The notes beneath the pieces are model-generated. The model saw nothing but the letters and a program-made list of their open reading frames with translations, searched no databases and was not told the origin of the DNA. From Calditrichota bacterium (lineage in GTDB: Bacteria; Electryoneota; AABM5-125-24; Hatepunaeales; Hatepunaeaceae), in NCBI GenBank assembly GCA_018644935.1, contig JABGPL010000005.1, forward strand, positions 5,211-69,210: 64,000 bases of DNA, written 5' to 3'. This document shows, piece by piece, positions 38,924 through 46,781 of the stretch. Numbering within the stretch: the first letter of the stretch is position 1; each line of letters opens with the position of its first letter. Made by a program: the position numbers and the translations under genes.

Positions 38924-39277
38924 CTAACTGCACCTAATCAGTTTAGCCCCCAGAGTCTTGATGTCATCACTGTTTGTCTCTCTGAAATGCTCGTAATCTG
39001 GAAGATCCGCAATAGCACTCAGTTTAAGGATTTCACAGCATCGCATGTCTTGGGAAGCAGTCTTCACTGCCGCACGTAGGGACCTTGGATTCTTCCATTC
39101 TGATAATGTAAAATAAAACAGAACAGCCGCATGGATTTTCCTTAAGTCAGGTTTGAAACCGAGTGCATTTGCGACTGTCTGGATCAAATGGTCTCTTTCC
39201 CGGTGATTCTCAGCCACCTGACTGGCAAACTATTTTGCAAAGAAAGTTTTTCCGGAACCTGGTGATGCACAAAGCAA
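38924..39277 (-). pseudogene. Fragment of a P-loop NTPase with an in-frame TAG just after the Walker A motif
   Basis: The track ORF 38924..39217 starts at a GTG, but the frame stays open upstream to a TAA at 39304-39302. Hand translation gives ...ESVLLCASPGSGKTFFAK-TAG(39232-39230)-FASQVAENHRERDHLIQ... The Walker A GSGKT is at 39259-45. The only candidate start is TTG 39277. There is no Walker B or recognisable remainder. Confidence 0.35.
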
Positions 39278-39310
39278 AACCGATTCTGATTGGCGATTCG
39301 TTTATCAACA

Positions 39311-42300
39311 TCACTTCACCAATACAACCTTCACCGTCCTGATCCCATTATCCCCTGCAACACGACAGAAATACACTCCGGCAGAAACTTCGGATGCGTC
39401 CCAGATGGTGGAATGAACACCTGCATCAGTTATTCCATTGTGCAACTCTGTAATTTCTCTGCCAGATATGTCTATTATTGAGACGCGAAGTGTCGACCGG
39501 ATGGGTTGGTAGTACTTTATTGTAGTTGCTGGGTTGAATGGGTTGGGATACACCTCTATAAAATCTTCGGGAATCGCAGCATCCGACTCAGGCTGCACAC
39601 TGCCGGGACCGATTTCCAGAGTGATATCTATTTCAGTTTGCGGGTTGTTGCTGTTGCCATCTAATGTCAGCGTTGCTGATAGTGTCAATTCCCGATCTGC
39701 AATACCTTCTAAGTCGAATGTCAACACGATTTCTTCAGAGTCATCGGGAATGATAAATCCCTCAGTTGGTTCAATTGCCACCCAGTTCGTTGCACTCCGC
39801 AGATTCCAGACTCTTAAATGCCTATTTGCTCCATGATTGATGATGCCGGCGATTGATATCTGTCCTGGATTGATACCATTAGTGATTGTCAATGAATTCG
39901 CAGCGACTTCATTCGGATTTACTGTTAAATCAGCTTCAAATCGGAATTGGTTAATCGTTGGGTTAAATGCGTATAACCTGATTGTCTCTTGTGCATCGCC
40001 ATGAGCGAGAGCATAGAGATTAAATCCATCATTCTCAAATGACGACCATGCCAAACCCCGAATATTAAGGTTGTGTACAATGGTATGTAGAACATTTCCA
40101 TCTTGATCAAGTTTTACAATTGGTTCTTGAGCATTGCCAACAAATAAATTCTCTTCATCGTCAACGGCTATTGCGCAGTTCGGATTATAAGGGCCATCGA
40201 TTGTCCAGATTATATCAACTTCGTGCTCATCAATTACCATTTTATGGATTCGGTCATCAGAGCTGCCATAAACAAATCCACCAAAAACAGCTAAATCCCT
40301 AAGTCCAATTTCCGCAAATTCCTCCGGTTGTCTTACAAGGCCGAGGGAATCAAAATCCGTACTGAATTTATATAGATAGTTCGGCTCACCGTTGTTATTT
40401 CCATTTCCCCCTGCGATGTAAATTATGTCATTTACGCATGCAACACCGTTTAATCTGGTGTCATCATAAACTTCTAGTGGGTTGAAGTCATTTGTGAGTT
40501 CAAACCTCTCCTGACCTGCATCAAAGTCAATCACGGAATGCCAGATTAGAGCACCGTTTCCTGAGTTTGAAAGTGTGATGGAATGTTCGTCAGGTTCTTC
40601 CCCGAACTCAATAATCTCAACGATCTCCTCACGATCCGTGTCCAAATGGCTGAATAACATTTCAAAATCGACCTGCAATTCCTCTTCACCAACAACGACG
40701 TCCATAGCTTGAGAAATGAATCCTTCAGAGGTTAGAATTAAATGATCCTCTCCAACAGGAACTCCCTCAATCCTAAAATTTCCTTGCCCGTTAGTAACTG
40801 CATCAAGTCCAAATCTGGCAAGTTCGATTTCTGCGCCGGCAATTGCCTCGTCATTGGCAAAATCTCTGACTGAACCGAACACAACTCCCTGTCCTTCAAT
40901 TACAAGAACTTCGCCTTCTATTGGGATGCCGTTTCGGTGATAAGCCATCCAGTTAAGTTGCATAATCTCAGCGGGAGGTTCTTCAAAAAATATCGTTGCT
41001 CTCCCCTCGTCATTGGTCGTAGCAACTATGTAAATTTCATCATTCTCGGACCTGATACAGAATTGGGCATCAGGCAGAGATTCACCGTTCATCCCAATTT
41101 GAACGTCAATTTCGTCAACTCCAACCGGTACAAACTCAGGAACTACAGCCTGTATCTCAGAGGGAGCTACAATCTTAACTTCCAGCATCGGATCGCCGAG
41201 CCAGATGTATGTTCTGAAGTTCATCCTCCCAAGAACAGGCCATTGAGACGCATCCCAGCGAATCACCATTTCAGTAGAAGCGAGATTTGCCGAGTAACCG
41301 AGATCGTATATGCCCTCATTGAACCATGCGGAGAAAACTGTTTCGTCAAATTGAGAATTCGCCCAACGCCAGGTGGATATTATGCAGCCATGTGCGGAAA
41401 CACTTCCACCTTGATGCTTCTGAAAAGTTTCAAGCAAGCAATCTGTATTAACATTAAGCGCGCGTCTGGCTATATCTCCAGTGTTGCAGGCTGAGGAGAT
41501 AAGGATAAATGGGTTCCCAAAGTTTTCTAAGCTTTCTGCATCCTGATTGCCAAAGTTTTGTCTTGCTTGATTCCAATTGGCCCAATTTGTATCTGCCCCA
41601 TGACCACGGTAATTGACAATCCCGACACCCTCGTTCATCACTTCAGTAATAAACTGATTGGTTATACCATTCTGATCACCGAATGCCTGAATGAAATTTG
41701 GTGATGGTAAGTCGTAATCCTCCTCGGAAATGCGTCGTTTTGTCCCGATGAAAAATTCCAGTTCATCATCATGCTGTTCACCATTGGTTGGATTGTCTGC
41801 AATAACCAGAGCGCGTCCAATGGCATTGTCGAAACGGTTTTCTCCATTCCAGTATATATAGTTAATTAGTTTGTTAACCTGAACCTCCAGCTGATCCAAA
41901 TTGTTTGTTTCATATACTAAACGACCAATTGCAAGCTCTGGCAAATGATCGTCAAATCCATCTCTGTCAGGACCATCAAGACACACATACCATGAGTCGC
42001 TATGTGAAGCGACAGGTAGATTATCAGGCTGTTCCCCGGGGTCTTCAGGGTCCCACCAATGAAGGGGGACATGAGGATTTATTATATGACCGTCGCCAAT
42101 AATGAACACGTACTCAAGACCTTCCTCAAACATCTCCGTGATACGGGTACGAATTTGAACGTCATCCTCGATTTCGTCAGCCAGCCAGATATCAGATCGA
42201 TTGCCACTGGCATGATGGAAGTTGATTAAAGGCTGCGCTGTTTCAAGAGCCTCCTCGAGCATTATAAACAGCAGCCTGACAGGTTCGTTTTCGTCAGCAT

Positions 42301-43033
42301 CTATAGGGCGGGGTAAAACTGGTGGCGGATTGAGGATGGATGCCTGATGCAATCTGTTCATCCGGTAGTTCGGTACCTGGGGAACAACAATGCTCTGATT
42401 GGGATCAGGTATGAAATCCACGGTCACTGTTATAGATTCAGTGATCTCGAGCTGCTGAGATGCCGGAGTGTATCGAACTGGTTGTACCATTAGACCTGTA
42501 ACCGGTATGCCACCCCAGCCCTGCATGATGCCAACAGAAGCAATATTATTTGGAAGAATTTCATTGCTTTCATAGGTGGTAATGTCAAATATAAAACCAT
42601 CATCCGAATCGCCATCCCGAAGAGGTTTTTGCTGAGGATAAATCCTGATCGAACCAACCTCTGTCCAATCTGCATCAATTGATCTTATTACTGCCTTATG
42701 TCCAATAGGTGCTCTGATGATCTCAGTCAGTTGCGGTAGAGAGGGAGTTCCGGGGGCACTCGATGTTAGGTTTGTTTCATGGTCAAAGTAGATTTTCTGA
42801 AACTCTCCCTGCCCTGTTAATACTTCCTTAGCATATATGCCGGAGATATCAAAACGAACTGTTAAATAATTTGAGGTTTCGTCGATTAAAACGACGGATG
42901 GGACATTTTGGGCTGCTCGTGAGTGAATCGGGATCCACGTTTGGGCAATTGCGGAATTACTTAAACTGATTACGAATGCATATAGAAGAATTTGCAGGGT
43001 AGAAATTGTCGGATTTCCGATGGAGTTTTTCAT
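39311..43033 (-). CDS. Peptidase C25 (gingipain-like cysteine protease) with T9SS sorting domain
   Basis: 1240-aa ORF with signal peptide ...FVISLSNSAIAQ and an N-terminal C25-propeptide-like region. The catalytic His context is VNYRGHGADTNW (His codon 41602-41600) and the catalytic Cys context is ILISSACNTGDIA (Cys codon 41488-41486). These are followed by a CarboxypepD_reg-like domain (VVFGSVRDFANDEAIAGAEIEL), an Ig domain (LSNSGNGALIW) and a propeller-like core colinear with the stalk family (RLNGVACVNDIIYIAGG...IRGLAWSSFENDGFNLYAL). The CTD is VYPNPFNPATTIKYY...GVYFCRVAGDNGIRTVKVVLVK. Confidence 0.85.
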   Translation of the reverse strand: MKNSIGNPTISTLQILLYAFVISLSNSAIAQTWIPIHSRAAQNVPSVVLIDETSNYLTVRFDISGIYAKEVLTGQGEFQKIYFDHETNLTSSAPGTPSLPQLTEIIRAPIGHKAVIRSIDADWTEVGSIRIYPQQKPLRDGDSDDGFIFDITTYESNEILPNNIASVGIMQGWGGIPVTGLMVQPVRYTPASQQLEITESITVTVDFIPDPNQSIVVPQVPNYRMNRLHQASILNPPPVLPRPIDADENEPVRLLFIMLEEALETAQPLINFHHASGNRSDIWLADEIEDDVQIRTRITEMFEEGLEYVFIIGDGHIINPHVPLHWWDPEDPGEQPDNLPVASHSDSWYVCLDGPDRDGFDDHLPELAIGRLVYETNNLDQLEVQVNKLINYIYWNGENRFDNAIGRALVIADNPTNGEQHDDELEFFIGTKRRISEEDYDLPSPNFIQAFGDQNGITNQFITEVMNEGVGIVNYRGHGADTNWANWNQARQNFGNQDAESLENFGNPFILISSACNTGDIARRALNVNTDCLLETFQKHQGGSVSAHGCIISTWRWANSQFDETVFSAWFNEGIYDLGYSANLASTEMVIRWDASQWPVLGRMNFRTYIWLGDPMLEVKIVAPSEIQAVVPEFVPVGVDEIDVQIGMNGESLPDAQFCIRSENDEIYIVATTNDEGRATIFFEEPPAEIMQLNWMAYHRNGIPIEGEVLVIEGQGVVFGSVRDFANDEAIAGAEIELARFGLDAVTNGQGNFRIEGVPVGEDHLILTSEGFISQAMDVVVGEEELQVDFEMLFSHLDTDREEIVEIIEFGEEPDEHSITLSNSGNGALIWHSVIDFDAGQERFELTNDFNPLEVYDDTRLNGVACVNDIIYIAGGNGNNNGEPNYLYKFSTDFDSLGLVRQPEEFAEIGLRDLAVFGGFVYGSSDDRIHKMVIDEHEVDIIWTIDGPYNPNCAIAVDDEENLFVGNAQEPIVKLDQDGNVLHTIVHNLNIRGLAWSSFENDGFNLYALAHGDAQETIRLYAFNPTINQFRFEADLTVNPNEVAANSLTITNGINPGQISIAGIINHGANRHLRVWNLRSATNWVAIEPTEGFIIPDDSEEIVLTFDLEGIADRELTLSATLTLDGNSNNPQTEIDITLEIGPGSVQPESDAAIPEDFIEVYPNPFNPATTIKYYQPIRSTLRVSIIDISGREITELHNGITDAGVHSTIWDASEVSAGVYFCRVAGDNGIRTVKVVLVK

Positions 43034-43195
43034 TTAACTTTCCTCAGTTTACTATTTATCACCAATTTAAGTTGCCCGTTACCAAAAATACACACCAAAA
43101 ACCGTTAAATCAAGCACTAAATCAGTAAAAATCCTATAATAATGCGGGGCAGATTTCTATGCCTGTCAAGACATTTAAACTACCAACGAAACTCC

Positions 43196-43224
43196 TTGAC
43201 ATTTTTTGAGATTATGCCTATATT
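43196..43224 (+). promoter_or_regulatory. Sigma-70-type promoter candidate for the six-gene cargo array
   Basis: TTGACA (43196-43201), a 17-nt spacer, then TATATT (43219-43224). This is ~110 nt upstream of ATG 43335 (GGAGAA RBS at 43326-43331). It is the only near-consensus promoter I could find ahead of the array. Confidence 0.5.
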
Positions 43225-43334
43225 CCGATGATGAGGAGTCTCTGATTTTTGATCGTTTCCTGCGTCTAAACATCCTCATGTTAAAGCATCATTTGAAGAA
43301 AAAGTCACAAGTTTATTAATACTTTGGAGAAGTC

Positions 43335-46300
43335 ATGAAACAAGCTCTACTGCTTCTTTCCGTATCCTTTTTTATTGTCGTTTTAATTGCAGTACCAGGT
43401 CACGCTCAATTCGAGCTTTTATGGGGAAGAGGAAATCCGATGGGGATGGGCAATATCCATGGAGTTACCGTTGATCCCGAAACTGGACACCTATATATAA
43501 CTCATTTCGCCGACCAGAGTATACACCATTTTGATGAAGATCTTGAACATGTCGAAACATTCAATATCGGCCTGGGAGGGATACGCGGTTTGGGATTCGA
43601 CACTCAAGAGAACCAATTGATTGTCGCAAACGGTGGAAACATCAGAATATTGAACCTTAATGGTGAATTATTAAGGACCTTTGCGAACAATGGTGGTTCC
43701 AATACAGTTGACCACGATCCTGAACGCGACTTATATGTCGTGGGACGATTTGGTGGAGCAGTTGCCTATTTTAACCGGGATGGTGAACAAGTTGGTGGTT
43801 TTGATTCAGGTGTAAACATCACGGGCATTTGCTATTATCCGATAAACGGCACAATATTCGCCATGGACACAGACGATCCGGTTTCCGAATTCACGATAGA
43901 AGGCGAGCGTATTGGAGAGCCTTTACAAGGCGACCAGATCGTTGAAAATGGTCAAGATCTTGCATATGATTCCAGACAACGTATTCTGTATGCAACAGGC
44001 CAGGTCGCATGGCTTGGTGCTTTTGAAGATAATTATGGTGCGGTGGGAGAACCTGAGGTTAATCCTGAAGGATTCGATCTACAGGTGCCGTTTGGCATGG
44101 CAGGAGAGGAAGTGCTGGTTATTACCAATGTTGGTGAGGAGGGTAGTTCGCTTTCATTTGAAATTGAAGATGTTGGAGAAGGAGTCGATTGGCTGGAATG
44201 CGATCCCACTGAGGGTGAACTGGAGTTAGATGAATCCGCTGAAATTACACTAACAATTGCTACTGAGGATCTTCAACCTGGTAATGTTCAGCGCACGATT
44301 ATTGTTCACACAAACTCTCCAGATTTCAGAGAGGTAGAAATTCCGGTTGCTCTGATGGTGATAGCAGGATTTGGTGAGCTGAGCGGCACAGTTACCGACG
44401 CTGCAAATGACAACCCAATTGAGGGAGCAACAATAACAGTTGAGAACTTCAATCTTGAGGCAGTATCGGATGAAAACGGTAGGTATGTTATCCCCGAAAT
44501 CCCTGAATGGATATTTACAGTGAGTATTACTGCCGAAGATTATCTTCCACAAACAATGTTAGAAATCGAAATTATTGAAGACGAGGTTACCAATTTGGAT
44601 TTCGATATGCTCCATTCGATAGGTGACCTTTCTCTTGAACAAATATCAGAAGAAATCCCAGTCGATGAGGAAGTTGAAATTCCGGTAAACCTGGCAAACC
44701 CTGGAAATGGTCCGTTAACATGGTCTGTTGAGAGAGTATTTCCTGAGGGAATGGAAGCAGATCCTTGGGATTCGCGTGAAGTGTATGCTGCTGGGGATAT
44801 ATTGGAAAATAACCGTCTTGGTGGTGTTGAATTCGTAGATGGTAATTTTTATGTTGCTGGTGGATTATCTGACGGTGAAAACCAAATATACGTTCTTAAT
44901 CGTGATGGGGAACTTGTTCGACAATTCAACCAATTTCAGGATTCAAGGTATGGTTTTCGGGATTTAACTTATGATGGAAATCTGCTCTGGGGAATAGATG
45001 ACAACATAGTGCATGGCTTCACTACCCGAGGGGAGTTGGATGTCACTTTTGATGCTCCTGTCCGCAGTGCTCGTGGGATAACCTGGGATCGAGAGAATGA
45101 GCTACTCTGGATATGTGGAATCACAAGTGACATTTTTGGAGTGAATCGTAATGGTGAAATTGTCAGAGAAATCGAGCGGCCCGGTGATGTGAGAATGTAT
45201 GGACTCGCATGGTACCCTGATGATGCAGATGGTTACAATCTGTATATGTTCTGTAGTAACGGTGAATTTAACCGTCAGATATTCAAGTTCGATCTTGAGA
45301 ACGAGCAAGTCGTTTTTGTCGCGGAACCGGATCTTGAAGGTTCGGCCGGGGCAGCAACCATAACTCGTGCTTGGGACCCCTTTAGCTGGGTGTTTCTGAC
45401 CATTACAAATTCCCCTGATTATATTGAGATCCTGCATATAGAAGCACCGACTGGCTGGGTTGGTATTGAACCCATTGATGGTGTTCTTGATGCAGGCGAA
45501 GATATGGACATGGCGGTCAACCTCAATACATTCGGTTTCCCGGTAAATATTGAATTCACTGTTGATCTTGTTTTTACACACGATGGTGTAGGTGGTGAGA
45601 CCATTCTTCCTGTTTTATTGACTGCTTCAGGGGATGAAGGTCCTGAAGTAAGAACTCTCCGCATGGATTTTGGATGGAATATGGTTTCTGTAAATGTTGT
45701 GCCGGAGAGTGATGATGTGGTTGCAATTACTCAAACGCTTGTTGATGGAGAGCTGATGGAAATGATGAAAAACGGTTCAGGTCAATTCTACAGCCCAGCA
45801 TTCGGTTTTAATAATATCCCTGGATGGGAAGTTACCGACGGTTACTTGATTAAGACAACTGAGGATTGTGAGTTGGAAATTGAGGGTATGCCGGTTGCAG
45901 CAGATGAAGCAATTCCACTGACAGCCGGTTGGCAGATGAAGGGTTATTTCCCTCGTGTTTCGGTTGAAGCTACAGTCGCACTTTCGGGTATCGTTGAAAA
46001 CCTCGAAATGGCAAAAGACGGATCAGGTCGTTTCTACAGTCCTGCCTTTGGATTCAGCAACATGGGAGATTTGATGGAAGGTTTCGGATATATGCTGAAG
46101 ATGTCTGAAGCAATGGATCTTGTTTATGTTGTCGAAGAGAACCGATTAGCACAGAGCAGGATAGTCCCTGGATTTCTACCGATTTTAAAGCCTACAGCAG
46201 AAAACATGAGCCTTCTCGTCTTGCAGGATGTCTCTGCGGAATTTATCGAAATTGGCGTCTACGCAAACAATATTCTTGTCGGATCAGGTCATGCATCTGG

Positions 46301-46769
46301 TGAATCCTGCGGGATTGCTGTTTGGGGTGATGACCCGACGACTACTTCTCGAGATGGTTCGTTGAAGGGAGACAATCTCGAGCTGCGTTTCACGAACGAA
46401 ACCGGGAGGAATGTCTCATTCGATTTCGTAACGATTTCGGGAAATGAATTTTACCAACACGATGAACTCTGGGTCGTGGAGCTCAATAATCTTATTTCAA
46501 TTCCTGATGAATTTGGCATAGTCTCAGCATATCCAAATCCATTTAACAGCACAACTCAAATATCATTTAGATTAACCGAATCGGGTAAGATAGATTTGGC
46601 ATTATTCGATCTGAGTGGACGTCAGGTCCTTGATTTGATTACCGGTCAGTACAAAGCTGGACTTCATACCGTTACGCTTGATGGTTCAAGCCTTTCAAGT
46701 GGCTTTTACCTTGCAAAATTAAATTCTACAGAGGGCAGCTCGAAATTGAAACTCTCATTCATTAAGTAG
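43335..46769 (+). CDS. T9SS-sorted surface protein, stalk-family paralog (group B; NHL/YncE-like propeller head)
   Basis: 1144 aa with signal peptide MKQALLLLSVSFFIVVLIAVPGHAQ. Head blades: VDPETGHLYITH, FDTQENQLIVAN, HDPERDLYVVG, YDSRQRILYATG. Stalk: GELSGTVTDAANDNPIEGATITV, LANPGNGPLTW, NRLGGVEFVDGNFYVAGG...RMYGLAWYPDDADGYNLYMF, GW-FY twin repeat (45649-46139), NMS domain (AENMSLLVLQD...CGIAVWGDDPTT). The CTD is AYPNPFNSTTQISFRL...GFYLAKLNSTEGSSKLKLSFIK (about 46528-46766). Confidence 0.85.
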   Translation: MKQALLLLSVSFFIVVLIAVPGHAQFELLWGRGNPMGMGNIHGVTVDPETGHLYITHFADQSIHHFDEDLEHVETFNIGLGGIRGLGFDTQENQLIVANGGNIRILNLNGELLRTFANNGGSNTVDHDPERDLYVVGRFGGAVAYFNRDGEQVGGFDSGVNITGICYYPINGTIFAMDTDDPVSEFTIEGERIGEPLQGDQIVENGQDLAYDSRQRILYATGQVAWLGAFEDNYGAVGEPEVNPEGFDLQVPFGMAGEEVLVITNVGEEGSSLSFEIEDVGEGVDWLECDPTEGELELDESAEITLTIATEDLQPGNVQRTIIVHTNSPDFREVEIPVALMVIAGFGELSGTVTDAANDNPIEGATITVENFNLEAVSDENGRYVIPEIPEWIFTVSITAEDYLPQTMLEIEIIEDEVTNLDFDMLHSIGDLSLEQISEEIPVDEEVEIPVNLANPGNGPLTWSVERVFPEGMEADPWDSREVYAAGDILENNRLGGVEFVDGNFYVAGGLSDGENQIYVLNRDGELVRQFNQFQDSRYGFRDLTYDGNLLWGIDDNIVHGFTTRGELDVTFDAPVRSARGITWDRENELLWICGITSDIFGVNRNGEIVREIERPGDVRMYGLAWYPDDADGYNLYMFCSNGEFNRQIFKFDLENEQVVFVAEPDLEGSAGAATITRAWDPFSWVFLTITNSPDYIEILHIEAPTGWVGIEPIDGVLDAGEDMDMAVNLNTFGFPVNIEFTVDLVFTHDGVGGETILPVLLTASGDEGPEVRTLRMDFGWNMVSVNVVPESDDVVAITQTLVDGELMEMMKNGSGQFYSPAFGFNNIPGWEVTDGYLIKTTEDCELEIEGMPVAADEAIPLTAGWQMKGYFPRVSVEATVALSGIVENLEMAKDGSGRFYSPAFGFSNMGDLMEGFGYMLKMSEAMDLVYVVEENRLAQSRIVPGFLPILKPTAENMSLLVLQDVSAEFIEIGVYANNILVGSGHASGESCGIAVWGDDPTTTSRDGSLKGDNLELRFTNETGRNVSFDFVTISGNEFYQHDELWVVELNNLISIPDEFGIVSAYPNPFNSTTQISFRLTESGKIDLALFDLSGRQVLDLITGQYKAGLHTVTLDGSSLSSGFYLAKLNSTEGSSKLKLSFIK

Positions 46770-46781
46770 AGAGTTATTTAA

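Noticed and set aside
34329-39232. Stop-codon reassignment (TAG as sense or pyrrolysine) to explain the two in-frame TAGs.
   Set aside because: TAG terminates the 43335-46769 and 46782-50240 genes (and the 38924 ORF) at the expected ends of their CTDs. The peroxiredoxin-like gene also needs a frameshift. Pseudogenisation or sequence error is more parsimonious.
33942-43334. A mobile element or genomic-island boundary around the decayed 34-39.3 kb stretch.
   Set aside because: I found no integrase, transposase, tRNA gene or convincing flanking direct or inverted repeats by eye. Only indirect signs are present (pseudogenes, a CTD remnant, a possible GC shift).
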